DNA of 64,000 nucleotides from an uncultured Candidatus Rokubacteria bacterium. GTDB taxonomy: Bacteria > Methylomirabilota > Methylomirabilia > Rokubacteriales > CSP1-6. The position numbers and the translations under genes were made by a program. Positions 1-10,960 of this stretch are shown here, in pieces. Where the stretch lies: the NCBI GenBank assembly GCA_963789955.1, contig CAWBMV010000015.1, positions 96,001-160,000 on the forward strand, written 5' to 3'. Numbering within the stretch: position 1 is the stretch's first letter; each line of letters begins with the position of its first letter. The notes below the pieces were generated by a model that was given only the letters and a program-made list of their open reading frames with translations, was not told where the DNA came from and did no database searches.

Positions 1-1029
1 CCCCGTGCCCAGACTCCCGCCGAAGGTGTTGAGCGGAAGCTCGCCGTCCAGCTCCATCCGTCCATCCTGGATGAAATCCAGCGCTTCGCCTTCCTTGCAG
101 AACCCGTAGGACTCGAGGCCGTAGATCACCGAAGCCGAGAACCCGTCGTAGATCTGCGCCACGTCGACATCCTTCGGCGAGAACCCTGATCGCTCCCAGG
201 TGAGACGGGACGAGCTGCGACCGCCTTCCATGTAGCTCGACAGGCTGCCGATGCGCCCGGCTACCTCGAACGCGAGCCGCTGGCCGTAGCCGGCGATGTA
301 CGCGGGGCGCGGCCGCAGGCCGCGCGCGCGATCGGCCGTCGTGAGGACGACGGCGACGGCGCCTTGCACCGGGATGTCGCAGTCGTAGAGACAGAACGGG
401 TAGGCGACCATCCGCGAGCTGAGGTAGTCCTCGCGCGTGAGCGGCTGGCCGCAGAAGTACGCGTGAGGGTTCATGTGCGAGTGCCGGCGCTGCGTCACGG
501 CCAGCGTCGCCATCTTCTCGCGGCTCTGACCATGCTTCTCCAGCCAGCGCGTGTAGGCGACGGCCATGCCCTGTCCCGGGCCGCCGAACCCGTACGGCGC
601 GGTGAACTGCGTCGCGCCCTGCGCGTAGGTACCGGGCAGATTCTGATAGGTGCCCTTCGGATTGTGCATCGCGCGCCAGACCACCGCGTACTTGCACACG
701 CCCGCCAGCAGCGCGTTGACGGCCTGCTGGACGGCGCCGCCGATGTTCACGGTCTCCACCTGGACGTGCCAGGAGAGATTCGGAAGCTTCAGCATCGTCA
801 TCATGCAGTTGACCGAGACGATCGTGACGCCGTCGACCACCGCATGCCCCGTCGCCGGCAGCTCCGGATAGGTCGCCAGCCCGTCGATATCCGCCATCGC
901 GAGCCCGGAATCTTCCACCGCGCCCTTCACCGCCTCGAGCGCGTGGGCGGCCAGCGGGACCTCGGCCGAGCGCGTCACCTTGGAGAATCCCACACCGCTC
1001 ACCGCGACCTTGCACCGGTGCTCCCACAT
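1..1029 (-). CDS. Thiolase-family (SCP-x/lipid-transfer-type) protein, 3' end runs off the window
   Basis: Hand translation from ATG at 1029: MWEHRCKVAVSGVGFSKVTRSAEVP..., later AQIYDGFS, YGFCKEGEA and LPLNTFGGSLG motifs. AAGGAG SD upstream; adjacent to a DUF35 OB-fold gene. Confidence 0.9.
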   Translation of the reverse strand, partial: MWEHRCKVAVSGVGFSKVTRSAEVPLAAHALEAVKGAVEDSGLAMADIDGLATYPELPATGHAVVDGVTIVSVNCMMTMLKLPNLSWHVQVETVNIGGAVQQAVNALLAGVCKYAVVWRAMHNPKGTYQNLPGTYAQGATQFTAPYGFGGPGQGMAVAYTRWLEKHGQSREKMATLAVTQRRHSHMNPHAYFCGQPLTREDYLSSRMVAYPFCLYDCDIPVQGAVAVVLTTADRARGLRPRPAYIAGYGQRLAFEVAGRIGSLSSYMEGGRSSSRLTWERSGFSPKDVDVAQIYDGFSASVIYGLESYGFCKEGEALDFIQDGRMELDGELPLNTFGGSLGTG

Positions 1030-1049
1030 GGGCCAGATGTCTCCTTGGA

Positions 1050-1484
1050 CTACTTCGCGTCGCGCGCGAGCCGGAACTGCGGCAGGGTGAAGTCGTCGTT
1101 CAGCGGCTCGAACACCACTTCGACACGACGCCCGACCTTGGCGTCGGTGTAGGGAGCCTCGAGGAGGTTGGCCGCCAGCAGGGCTCCCGGCGCGTCGTCG
1201 AGCTCGACGATGATGCTCGCGTAGGGAATCGCCGAGGCGAATCGCTTGTCGCCCGCGTGGTACATGATCGTGTAGGCGTAGATCGCGCCCTTGCCGCTGA
1301 CGGGCTCGAACGCGAGATCGGTCGCCATGCAGCTCACGCAGGTCGCGTACGGCGGATGCTGGAAGTGCTTGCAGGTCTGACAGCGCTGCAGCGCCAGCAC
1401 GCCCCGCTTGGCCGCGTCCCAGAACGGCTTCGTCCACTCGTTCGGGACAGGAATCGGCCGGGTCACCTTGCTCCAGTCGCTCAT
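1050..1484 (-). CDS. Zn-ribbon/OB-fold (DUF35, ChsH2-like) protein
   Basis: PFWDAAKRGVLALQRCQTC...HPPYATCVSC, then GAIYAYT, PY and VELDD motifs. Canonical thiolase partner. Confidence 0.92.
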   Translation of the reverse strand: MSDWSKVTRPIPVPNEWTKPFWDAAKRGVLALQRCQTCKHFQHPPYATCVSCMATDLAFEPVSGKGAIYAYTIMYHAGDKRFASAIPYASIIVELDDAPGALLAANLLEAPYTDAKVGRRVEVVFEPLNDDFTLPQFRLARDAK

Positions 1485-1531
1485 CGTCACGGCCTCCGTG
1501 TCGAGCCGCGCCATCACCCGACACGTCAGCC

Positions 1532-1560
1532 ATAATGTTGGCGACGGAAGGCTATGTCAA
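1532..1560 (-). promoter_or_regulatory. Sigma70-type promoter for the OB-fold/thiolase operon
   Basis: Minus strand TTGACA-17 nt-CATTAT, about 50 nt upstream of the start codon. Confidence 0.7.
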
Positions 1561-1566
1561 GGGTCC

Positions 1567-1764
1567 TCAGGGCCGGGCGACAGGTCTCTCCAGCTCGATC
1601 CGGAAGGCGTGCCACTCGCGCAGCGCCTCGTCGTAGCGGGCGAGTATCTGGGAGCGCTTGTGGTCGAAGCGCATCCGCTCGACGGTCGCGCCCGCGAGCA
1701 TGCCGAACCCAAGCAGATACAAGGCGAGTCCGATCCCGATGAGCGTCATCCTGCCCGTGTTCAT
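1567..1764 (-). CDS. Small hypothetical membrane protein
   Basis: MNTGRMTLIGIGLALYLLGFGMLAG...: one hydrophobic helix followed by an amphipathic helix; purine-rich SD upstream. Confidence 0.65.
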   Translation of the reverse strand: MNTGRMTLIGIGLALYLLGFGMLAGATVERMRFDHKRSQILARYDEALREWHAFRIELERPVARP

Positions 1765-1824
1765 GCCGTCCCCCTTTCTGAATCCCTCGAGCGCCACTCG
1801 AGCATCTCTGGGCGAGGAGCAGAG

Positions 1825-1840
1825 AGCAGTCGTCATGCCA
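1825..1840 (-). promoter_or_regulatory. Putative sigma54 (-24/-12) promoter
   Basis: Minus strand TGGCATGACGACTGCT (GG-N10-GC), about 60 nt upstream of ATG 1764. Confidence 0.5.
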
Positions 1841-2115
1841 CGAGCCCACGCGCATTCGATTTCCATGGTTTCAGGTCATCGCGCAGCCGGATCATGTGGC
1901 GAGGCGATGGCCGATTGCCCGGATCGTCGGGCGAAAAGTCGCGACAACGGCGAGACCCGGCTGAACATCGCGTTCCGGACCATCCCAGGGACCTATCAAG
2001 TGCTGAAGTCTCACGCAGATGCGGCAGGTCATGAGGGGCTAGGCTCGGCCCCGCACCTCGGCTACAGTAGAGAGAACGATAGTCTGTCTATCGGCTTGCC
2101 TCTGGGAGTCCGGCA

Positions 2116-2508
2116 ATGAGATATGTCCTCGCGGTTCTCGTCCTCTTCGCCGTGCAGGCCTCATCGTCCGAGGTACTCGGAGCAGGCGCGAGCTCGACGG
2201 CCGGGCCGCGCGTCGTCTTTGGCGTCGATGCGAAGGCCGGCCATCGTTACCTCCAGCTGACGGAGCGGGGACCGGCCTATCCGACCGCGGACGTCAACTG
2301 CGATGGCAACCGAGGCACGATGACCTTGACTCGCTCGAGCAGCACGGGCAACCGCACGGTCGCGATCTATGCGGTGCCGCCGAAGGTGTCCGAGGTCATG
2401 CTGAAGGCCGCGGAATGTCGGCTCATGCTTCCCGGTCAGGAGATCGCGCTCGGCCGGCAGCAGATCCGCGCCGGGTGGTCGCCTCAAGCCCAGACCGCGA
2501 AGCACTGA
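2116..2508 (+). CDS. Hypothetical exported protein
   Basis: Signal-peptide-like N-terminus MRYVLAVLVLFAVQASSS, GGGAG SD, two Cys residues. Confidence 0.7.
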   Translation: MRYVLAVLVLFAVQASSSEVLGAGASSTAGPRVVFGVDAKAGHRYLQLTERGPAYPTADVNCDGNRGTMTLTRSSSTGNRTVAIYAVPPKVSEVMLKAAECRLMLPGQEIALGRQQIRAGWSPQAQTAKH

Positions 2509-2624
2509 GCCCAGCGCCTCCTCCGCGCGCCGTACTCGGCGCGAGGTTGACCAGCCTCCTCGCGAGGAGCCAAAGTTGCCGCGCGTTTCGTTCCTGAAAC
2601 CTGGCGACGCGGGGGAGGCGCTGC

Positions 2625-3290
2625 ATGGGCTGCGCTCAGTGCCGGCACGAGAACCACCCGGACGCCAGCTTTTGCGATGAGTGCGGATACGTTAGCCCCC
2701 GGCGCACTCCCGCACGGCGCCGACCTCGTCGCTCTCCGCCGCGGCTGATCGAAGTCGTCGCCGCGATCGGCATCGTGGTCACGGGGCTCTCCGTGATCTC
2801 CGGCATCGTCGTCGCCAGTCCCCACTGGCAGCGCATCATCGCGTCGTGGCGGGAAAGCGTCGCGGCGCGCTGGGCGAGCTCGCGGCCGGCGATCGGCACG
2901 CCAACCGAAACGACCCCGCCGGCGGCGCACAATGCCACGGTCCGTGGTGAATCGCCCGCGTATCCGGCACTCGGCGCCGCCGAGGTGATCGCCATCCAGC
3001 CGCAGGCGATTCGCCCCAACGGGCCCGAGGTTCAGCCGCCAACCGCCGGCTCTGTTCCCATGCGGCCGGCTCGAGCCCAGGAACCGATGCGGTCCGCGCC
3101 GGTCCGAGCTCAGTCGGACTCGACGCAGGTGATGGCCACCCTGCTGGTCTCGCAGCTAGGCCAGGACCCGGCGTGGCGGACGGCGCTGGCCAATGCGGAT
3201 GCTCACTCGCCTGATAGCCCTGAGCATGCTTATTGGCGCAGCGTGGCCACGGCGATCCGAGACGGCGGCGGCCTGCGCTCACGACCGTGA
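2625..3290 (+). CDS. Zinc-ribbon domain membrane protein
   Basis: N-terminal CAQC...NHPDASFCDECG, one TM helix, Pro-rich linker; GGAGG SD. Confidence 0.75.
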   Translation: MGCAQCRHENHPDASFCDECGYVSPRRTPARRRPRRSPPRLIEVVAAIGIVVTGLSVISGIVVASPHWQRIIASWRESVAARWASSRPAIGTPTETTPPAAHNATVRGESPAYPALGAAEVIAIQPQAIRPNGPEVQPPTAGSVPMRPARAQEPMRSAPVRAQSDSTQVMATLLVSQLGQDPAWRTALANADAHSPDSPEHAYWRSVATAIRDGGGLRSRP

Positions 3291-3300
3291 TGTCGCGCGG

Positions 3301-4312
3301 TCAGTCGAGCAGCTTGGCGTGGTAGGGATACGTACAGATCAATTTCGCGCCGTCGGCCGTGACCAGCACCTGGTCCTCGAGCTTGACGCCGAACGGCGCA
3401 CCGGGCTTGCCGCGTAGCACTCGAGACGCAGGACCATGTTCTCCTTGAGCTCGCGCTCGGGCATGATGCGGCGCGGGCCGCGATCGTCGTCGGGGTAGGG
3501 GATGCCGGGCCCTTCGTCCTCGAGCCCGGCTGGTGCACCATCGTCGGTAGCGCTGCGCCGCGTACGCCGCCAGCAGCCGGGGCGCTTTCGCCGCGAACTC
3601 CGCGAAGCTCGAGCCCGGCCGCGCGAGATCGAGCGTGCCGTTGACGCAGTCGTAGGCGACCCGGTACGCCTCCTTCGTGCTCGGTTGTCGGCGTGTCGCC
3701 GCACAGGAACGTCCGCGAGACGTCGATCACGTAGCCCTCATAGCCGTTCGCGTCGGTGTCGACGCCACGAGATCACCGGGCATGACGACCTTGTCGTGCG
3801 CCTCAGTGAGCCACGGGTTCGTGTTCGTGCCCGAGGGCGCAGGCGGGTGAACAGTCCTTCGCCGTAGCGACGCAGCAGCGCGTCGCTCAGCAGCGCCGGC
3901 AGTTCGAACTCGCAGATATCCGGACGGATCGCCGCCTCGAACTCGTTGAGCATCGCGTCCCCGATGCCGCCGTTGATCGCGAAGAGCGCGACTCTTCCAG
4001 CGTATTCACCTCGCGCGCGTCGACCGTCGCGGCGGCGACATCGGCGATCGCGATGCCTTCCTCTTGCAGGGCCAGGAATCCGGCGGTATCGACCTTGTCG
4101 ACGGCGAGGCGCTCGCGCTCGAGCCGAGCTCGCGCAGGGCCGAACGGATCGAGCGCGCCACTCGCGCGCCTTGTCGCGGGCCGCGATGCCGCCGTATTGC
4201 CAGGTGTAGGCGGGGCGGACGTCGTGGACGACCTTTTGCGAGACGTGGATCGAGCCTTGTACTCGAACAGGATCGGCGCGCCTCGGCCGGCACGAGGCAG
4301 TAGCGGCTCTCG
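3301..4312 (-). CDS. M24 metallopeptidase-fold enzyme, DddP (DMSP lyase)-like; frameshifted, 5' end missing
   Basis: Stitched frames give SRYCLVPAE, SGTNTNPWLTE, VDTDANGYEGYVIDVSRTFLC, MVH.AGLEDEGP, ENMVL.LECY and GVKLEDQVLVTADG...YPY*. Confidence 0.75.
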
Positions 4313-4694
4313 GGACGCAGAACCCGAACTATGGGCACGCACCAACGCGAGTTCGCGCTCGATCAACTGCGGTTACGCGGTCATCACGGCCGACGGACGG
4401 CCATCCGCGCTCGCCGCCGCTCCGCGGCTCGCGCTCGGCGTGCTGCTGCTCGGCCCGCACGCGCACTACCCTCTGCATGCGCATCCGGCCGTCGAGATCT
4501 ACTACACGCTGACCTCGGGCGGCGAGTGGTGGCGAGACGAGGGGCCGTGGCGGCAAGAGCCGCCGGTTCGGTGATCCATCACGCGCGAACGTGCACCACG
4601 CGACGCGCGCCGGCACCGCTGCGCTCCTAGCGATCTACCTCTGGCGCGGCGAGCTGGCGACCACCGACTAGACGCCGCCGGCAAACCGCGATGA
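4313..4694 (+). CDS. Cupin of the DMSP-lyase (DddQ/DddL-like) family; frameshifted, 5' end missing
   Basis: TQNPNY...GYAVI...[29 protein letters not shown]...EWW...PPGSVIHH...HAT...LLAIYLWRG (cupin motifs 1 and 2). Confidence 0.7.
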
Positions 4695-4719
4695 GGCAAG
4701 TCGCGGCGTCGAATCACTC

Positions 4720-5866
4720 GTGTATCGTCCGGTCGTGCCCAGACAGCGCGACGGAAGAAGACCTCGCGGAAGCCTGGGCTTGCTGGAGCGGCTCGCCGCC
4801 GGTCCGGTGATCTGCGCCGAGGGCTACCTCTTCGAGTTCGAGCGCCGCGGCTACCTGCAGGCCGGCGCCTACGTGCCGGAGGTCGTGCTCGAGCATCCGG
4901 AGGCTGGTCGAGGGCACTGCAGCCGCGAGTTCGTGCACGCCGGCTCGGACGTCGTCGAGGCGTTCACCTACTACGGCCATCGCGAGAAGCTGCGGATCGA
5001 TCGGCAAGGAGGACCTGCTCGAGCAGCTCAACCGCGACGCGCTGGCGATCGCCGACGAAGGTCGCCGGCGAGACCGGCGCGCTGTCGGCCGGCGACATCT
5101 GCAACACCAACGTCTATTCGACCCGACGACGCGCAGTCCGCGCAAGCCGTGCGCGCGCATGTTCGACGAGCAGGTCGGCTGGGCGGTCGAGGCGGGCGTC
5201 GACTTCGTCATCGGCGAGACGTTCTCGTGGGCGACGAGGCCTTCATCGCGCTCGACGTCGATCAAGCGAGACCGGGCTGCCGTCGGTCATCACGCTTGTC
5301 GATCCACCGCGCAGGCCGAGATGCGCGAGGGCTGGCGCCCGGAGGAGACCTGCAAGCGGCTCGCAGGACGCCGGGCGCCGACGTCGTCGGGCTGAACTGC
5401 ATCGCGCGGGCCCGAAGACGATGCTGCCGCTGCTGCGGCGGATCCGCGCGGCGTCGACCTGCCACGTCGCCGCGCTGCCGGTCCCGTACCGCACGACGCG
5501 AGGCCGAGCCGAGCTTCCAGTCGCTGAGCGATCGCACGGCGCGAGTCGCGAGCTCCCCGACGGCCGGCCGTTCCCGACCGCGCTCGACCCGTTCCTGATG
5601 CAACCGCTACGAGATCGCCGAGTTCGCCCGCGAGGCGCTACGCGCTCGGCGCGTCGCTACCTCGGCGTCTGCTGCGGCGCCGGGCCGCACCACATCCGCA
5701 GCATGGCCGAGGCGCTCGGGCGGCGACCGGCGGCGAGCCGCTACTCGCCGACATGTCCAAGCACATCCTCTTCGGCTCCGACGAGCGCCTGCGTCAAGAC
5801 TACCTGGACTACGCCCGCCGCAACTATCGCGCGCCGCGTCCGGCTGAGTCGCCGGCGGCGCGATGA
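4720..5866 (+). CDS. Homocysteine S-methyltransferase, betaine-homocysteine methyltransferase (BHMT)-like; frameshifted
   Basis: [57 protein letters not shown] and [18 protein letters not shown] (Zn-binding Cys). Confidence 0.85.
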
Positions 5867-6806
5867 AGCGCTTCGTCGTCAAGCATCTGCTGTTCCTGCT
5901 GCTGACCCTGTTCGCCGTCTCCTTGCTCGTCTTCACCCTCAACGAATTCGCGCCCGGCGATGTCGCGCGCAAGATGCTCGGCGCCTACGCGACGCAGGAG
6001 CAGGTCGAGCTGCTGACGACGCAGCTCGGTCTCGATCGTCCGGTGCTCGTGCGCTACGTCGAATATCTGGGGGTGCTGGCCTCGGGGGATTTCGGCCACT
6101 CCACGCGCTTCAAGCTTCCGGTGCGGACGTGATCTTCGAGCGGCTGGTGAACACGGCGTTGCTCGCGGCGATCGCCTTCGCGTGATCGTGCCGTTGTCGA
6201 CGGTGTTCGGCGTGGTTGCGGGCATGCGCGAGGCGTCACGACTCGACCGCGCGATCCTGATGTTCAGCACAATGGTCGCGTCGATGGCCGAATTCGCGAT
6301 CGGCGTGTTCCTGGCCAGCGTGTTCGCCGTCTGGCTCGGCTGGCTGCCGGGCACGTCGACCTTGCTCGCCGCGGGCGGCTGGTCGATCGGCAGCGCAGCT
6401 CGTGCTGCCGGTTGCGGTGATGGCGCTCTACGGCACGGTCGTCCTGGTCGGGCATGATCCGCGCGTCGATGGTCGACGTGATGCGGCAGCCGTATATCCG
6501 CACCGCGGTGCTGAAGGGGATGAGGTTCGCGCGGTGATCGTGAGGCGATGCGTGGCGCAATGCGATGATCGCGCGTTTGACTGTGATCGTGCTGCAGATC
6601 AACTATCTGATCGCCGGCGTCGTGGTCGTCGAAACGGTGTTCGCCTATCCGGGGTTCGGCCGGATGATGCTGGAGGCGGCGATGTTCGAGGACATCGCGC
6701 TGGTCGAGGCTGGAGCGCTGGTCGCGGTGTTGATCGCCGTCGTCACGAACATGGTCGGCGATCTCGCCTATATGCTGCTCGATCCGCATCCGGTCCAGAA
6801 CGATGA
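5863..6806 (+). CDS. Peptide/nickel ABC transporter permease (DppB-like); frameshifted
   Basis: PGDVARKMLG, GLDRPVLVRY, GDFGHS, GVVVVETVFAYPGFG and DLAYMLLDP; ATGA overlap with the upstream gene. Confidence 0.85.
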
Positions 6807-7698
6807 GCACCCCGATCGCCGCCGAGAACCTCTACGCGTCGTCGCCGGCGGCATCGCGCGGCCGTACGCTCCGGCGTTGGAGACGACGATCGAGCTCCTG
6901 GGCGAATCGACGCCGGCCACCGTGGGCATCGTCATCATCCTGGCCTGGGTCGCGCTGGCGCTGCTCGCCCCGCTGATCGCGCCGTATGCGCCGAACGCCA
7001 GCGATATCGCGGCGCTCGCCGACACGACGCCGTCGCGACGCGCACTGGCTGGGCGTGGATCATCTCGGGCGAGATATCCTCTCGCGGATTCTGTGGGGTG
7101 CGCGGACGGTGCTACGTGTCGCGCCGATCGCCGTGGTCGGCGCGGCGCACTCGGGGCGCTGCTCGGCCTGGTCGCCGGCTACTACGGTCGCGGATCGACG
7201 TGGTGATAAGCGCATTTGCGACATCGTGCTCTCGTTCCCGGTGATCATCCTCTACATGATCATCCTGGCCAAATTCGGCGCGTCGGCGTGGAACATCGTC
7301 GGCGTCATGACGTTGACCAAGGCGCCGATCATCGAGCGCATGGTGCGCGGCATGACGCTCGATCTGCGCGAGCGCGAATATGTCGCGCCGCGAAGATGCG
7401 CGGGGAGTCGGCGCTCTACATCATGCTGGTCGAGATCCTGCCGAACGCGCGCGGACCGCTCGTCGTCGACATGTGCCTGCGCACCGGCTACAACGTGATC
7501 ATCATCGGCGCGCTGGGCTTCCTCGGCATCGGCCTGCCGCCGCCCGATCCGGACTGGGGCGGCATGGTCAAGGACACGTACGGGATGATGATGGTGTGGC
7601 CGCACATGGCGCTGTTCCCGTGCGCCGCGATCTCGTCCCTCGTCGTCGGCTTCAACCTGCTCGCGGTCGGGCTGCGGGAGCTGGGTCTCCGTGACTGA
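6803..7698 (+). CDS. Peptide/nickel ABC transporter permease (DppC-like); frameshifted
   Basis: HWLGVDHLGRDILSRILWGAR, EILPNARGP and LGFLGIGLPPPDPDWG. Confidence 0.85.
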
Positions 7699-9754
7699 CG
7701 GCCCGCTGCTCGACGTCCGGGATCTGCGTCATCGCGTGCATGACGCGCGCCGGTGAGGCTGTCGTCGTGCCGGGTGTCAGCTTCCAGCTGAACGCGGGCG
7801 AGGCCCTCGGGCTCGTCGGCGAGTCCGGGTGCGGCAAGTCCACGGTCGCGCTGTCGATCGTGCGCTATCTCGGACGCGCCGGCCGGATCACCGGCGGCAG
7901 CATCCTGTTCGAGGGGCGCGAGCTGACGACCCTCGACGAGACAGGGCTCCGCGCGATTCGCGGCCGGCGCATCGCCATGGTCTATCAGGACCCGATGGCG
8001 AGCCTGAATTCCGTCATGACCGTCGGCCGCCAGCTGATGGAAGCGCCGATGACCCACGAAGGCGTGTCCGCCTCGGCGGCGCGCGCCCGCGCCCTGGCGA
8101 TGCTCGCCGAGGTCAAGCTGGCCGACCCGGAGGCCGTGATGGATCGGTATCCGCACCAGCTCTCGGGCGGCCAGCAGCAGCGAATCGTGATCGCGATGGC
8201 ACTGATCACGGGCACGGCGTTGCTGATCATGGACGAGCCGACGACCGGGCTGGACGTGACCGTCGAGGCCGCGGTGCTCGATCTGGTCCGTGAGCTTCGC
8301 AGCCGGCATCACTCGGCGATCCTGTTCATCAGCCACAACCTCGGCAGCGTCGTGCGGGTCTGTGACCGCGTCGCCGTCATGTACCGAGGCGAGCTCGTCG
8401 AGGACGGTCCGGTGCGCCGGATCTTCACCAACCCGCGGCACCCCGACACGCGCGGACTTCTCGATCGCCTGCCGACGCTCGGGAGCGACAAGCGACAGGC
8501 GCCGCTGGTGCCGATCGCGGGCCAGGTCGAGTCGGCGCTGGTCCGTTCACCAGGCTGCGGCTTCGCCGGCCGGTGCGCGCACGTCGAGATCGGCCGGCGC
8601 ACGTCGCGTCCGATCCCGTCTGCGACGGTGTGCGAAGAGCCTGATCATCGCGTCGCGTGTGCGCGGGCCGACGAGCTCTCGCGCTGGACCCGACGGAGCG
8701 GCGCGGACGTCGCGCACGAAGCCGCAGGGCCGGGTGAGCCGATGGTCGCGGTCCATCATCTGACCAAGACCTACGAGCCCAGGCGGCGCGGCTTCCGCGG
8801 ATCACGAGCGCCGGTGCGGGCGGTCTCCGACGTCGATCTCGCGGCGGCGCGCGGCCGGACGCTCGCCATCGTCGGCGAGTCCGGCTGCGGCAAATCGACG
8901 ATCGCGAAGGTGCTGAGCGGCCTCGAGGTCGCGACCGCGGGCGGCGTCACCCTCGACGGCGTCGAGGTCGGTGCGCTCGCCGTCGATGCGCGGAGTCCGC
9001 GCTGAAGCGCAAGCTTCAGATGGTGTTCCAGAACCCCGATAGCACCTTGAATCCGAGTCACACCGTGGGCTATGCCATCGGCCGCGCGTTGCGACGCCTG
9101 CAAGGCCGTGCCCCGGGCGACCTGACCGATGGCGTCGCCCGCCTGCTCGAGGTCGTCAAGCTCTCGCCGGCGATGGCGGCGCGCAAGCCGCGCCATCTTT
9201 CGGGAGGGGAGAAGCAGCGCGCCGCGATCGCGCGGGCGCTGGCGGGCGATCCGGATGTGATCGTAGCGGACGAGCCGGTTTCCGCGCTCGACGTGTCGGT
9301 GCAGGCGGCGATCGTGAACCTCCTGACCGAGATCCAGGCGGCTCACGGCACGACGCTCGTGTTCATCTCGCACGATCTCGCCGTCGTTCGCTACCTGGCG
9401 GACACGGTCGCGGTGATGTACCTGGGTACTGTCGCCGAGCTCGGCCCGGTCGAGCGCGTGTTCACGCCGCTGTACCATCCTTATACCGAGGCGCTCCTGT
9501 CGGCCGTGCCGGTTCCCGATCTGGATCGCGCCGTCGCGCGCATCCTGCTCGAAGGCCGAGTGCCGAGCGCCGGCGAGATTCCGCCGGGTTGCCCGTTCGC
9601 GACCCGCTGTCCCCGGCGCATCGGCGCCATCTGCGACGAGACGCCGCCGCCGGTACAGCGGTTCGGCGATCACCGCATCGCCTGCCACATTCCGGGTGTC
9701 GAGCTCCGGCGACTACAAACGGACCTTGTCGAGCCGCGTACGACTGGACGATGA
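7691..9754 (+). CDS. Fused double-ATPase ABC subunit (DppD/DppF-like); frameshift near 9000
   Basis: Two Walker A motifs GESGCGKST, LSGGQQQR/LSGGEKQR signatures, DEPT/DEPV Walker B, and oligoHPY-type Cys-rich tails. Confidence 0.9.
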
Positions 9755-10954
9755 TGGCGGACATGGCCAAGGCGAGCGGGGCGTCGGTGGTGATCGTCGG
9801 CGGGGGCGTGACGGGGCTGAGCGCGGGCTGGTGGCTCGCGCGGGCCGGCGTCGACGTGCTCGTGCTCGAGAAGGGGCATCGTCGGCTGGGAGGCGTCGGG
9901 CCGCAACGGCGGCGGCGCCACGCACGTCTACAGCCCCTTCGGTCTCGAGGAGCAGCGGCTCTGGCCGCAGATGGACGAGCTGCTCGGCTACCCGACCGAG
10001 TACCAGCCCAACCGCATCGGGATGGCGCTCAGCGAGACGCAGCTGGCGCTCGCGCCGGCGCTGGGCCGAGGTCGGCGAGATGCGCGGCTTCCGGCTGGGA
10101 GCTTCTCGATCGCCGTAGCAGCTCAAGGAGCTGGTGCCGATCGTCGGCGACAACGCGATCGGCGGTACGTACCTGCACTTCGGTGGCCACGCCAATCCCG
10201 CAGCGCACGGTGCAGGGCTACGCGTGGGCGCTGCAGGACCGCGGCGGCCGGATCCTGCAGCACACGACGGTGACCGGACTCGCGTCAGCGCGGCGGGCGA
10301 GGTCGACGGCGCGTCGGGAGACCACGCGCGGCACGTTCGACGCGGATGCTCGTCGTGGTCGCGGCGGGCCCGCAGACCGGGCGCTTCGCCGAGATGCTCG
10401 GGGTGTCGGCTGCCGCTGGCGCCGGCTCGCGTGGAGATGATCGCGACCGAGCCCATTCCGCTCATGCTGCGCGGGCGGCGTCGCGGCAACGGGCTCTACG
10501 GCCGTCAGACTCTCCGTGGCAACCTCGTGTACGGCGGCGGTCCGCACGAATGGATCAACGTGCCCGACATGGCGACGCCGGATCATGCCGAACACGCCCG
10601 CTCGTGCGCAGCCTGGCGCGGCGGCTCGCCGAGCTCTTGCCCGGCGCCGCCCACGTTCGGTTGATCCGCTGCGTGGAGCGGGCGTCGTCGAGAACACGCC
10701 CGACGGGCTTCCGGTGGTCGAGCGGCTGACGCGATCCCGACAACGTCGTCATCGCGACGATGTCGAGCGTGGGCTTCGGGCTCTCGCCCGCCGTCGGCCG
10801 CGCGATCAGCGAGCTGGTGCGCTTCGGTCGTTGCCAGTTCGCCGACCTCGGCGCCCTCGCGCTCGGCCGCTTCGCCGATACGCCGCGCGACTGGCGTGAG
10901 CACGCCGGATGGGCGGCGGCGCCCGTCGGCCGTCGAAGCCGCCGCGGGCGGTGA
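9751..10954 (+). CDS. FAD-dependent oxidoreductase, DAO/sarcosine-oxidase-beta/OoxB-like; frameshifted
   Basis: VVIVGGGVTGLSAGWWLA, ASGRNGGG, GHANP, ENTPDGLP and GFGLSPAVG. Confidence 0.85.
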
Positions 10955-10960
10955 CGACTG

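Noticed and set aside
9003..9005. TGA inside the ABC ATPase as possible selenocysteine or readthrough
   Set aside because: Coding continues in a different frame (LKRKLQMVFQ), so it is a frameshift.
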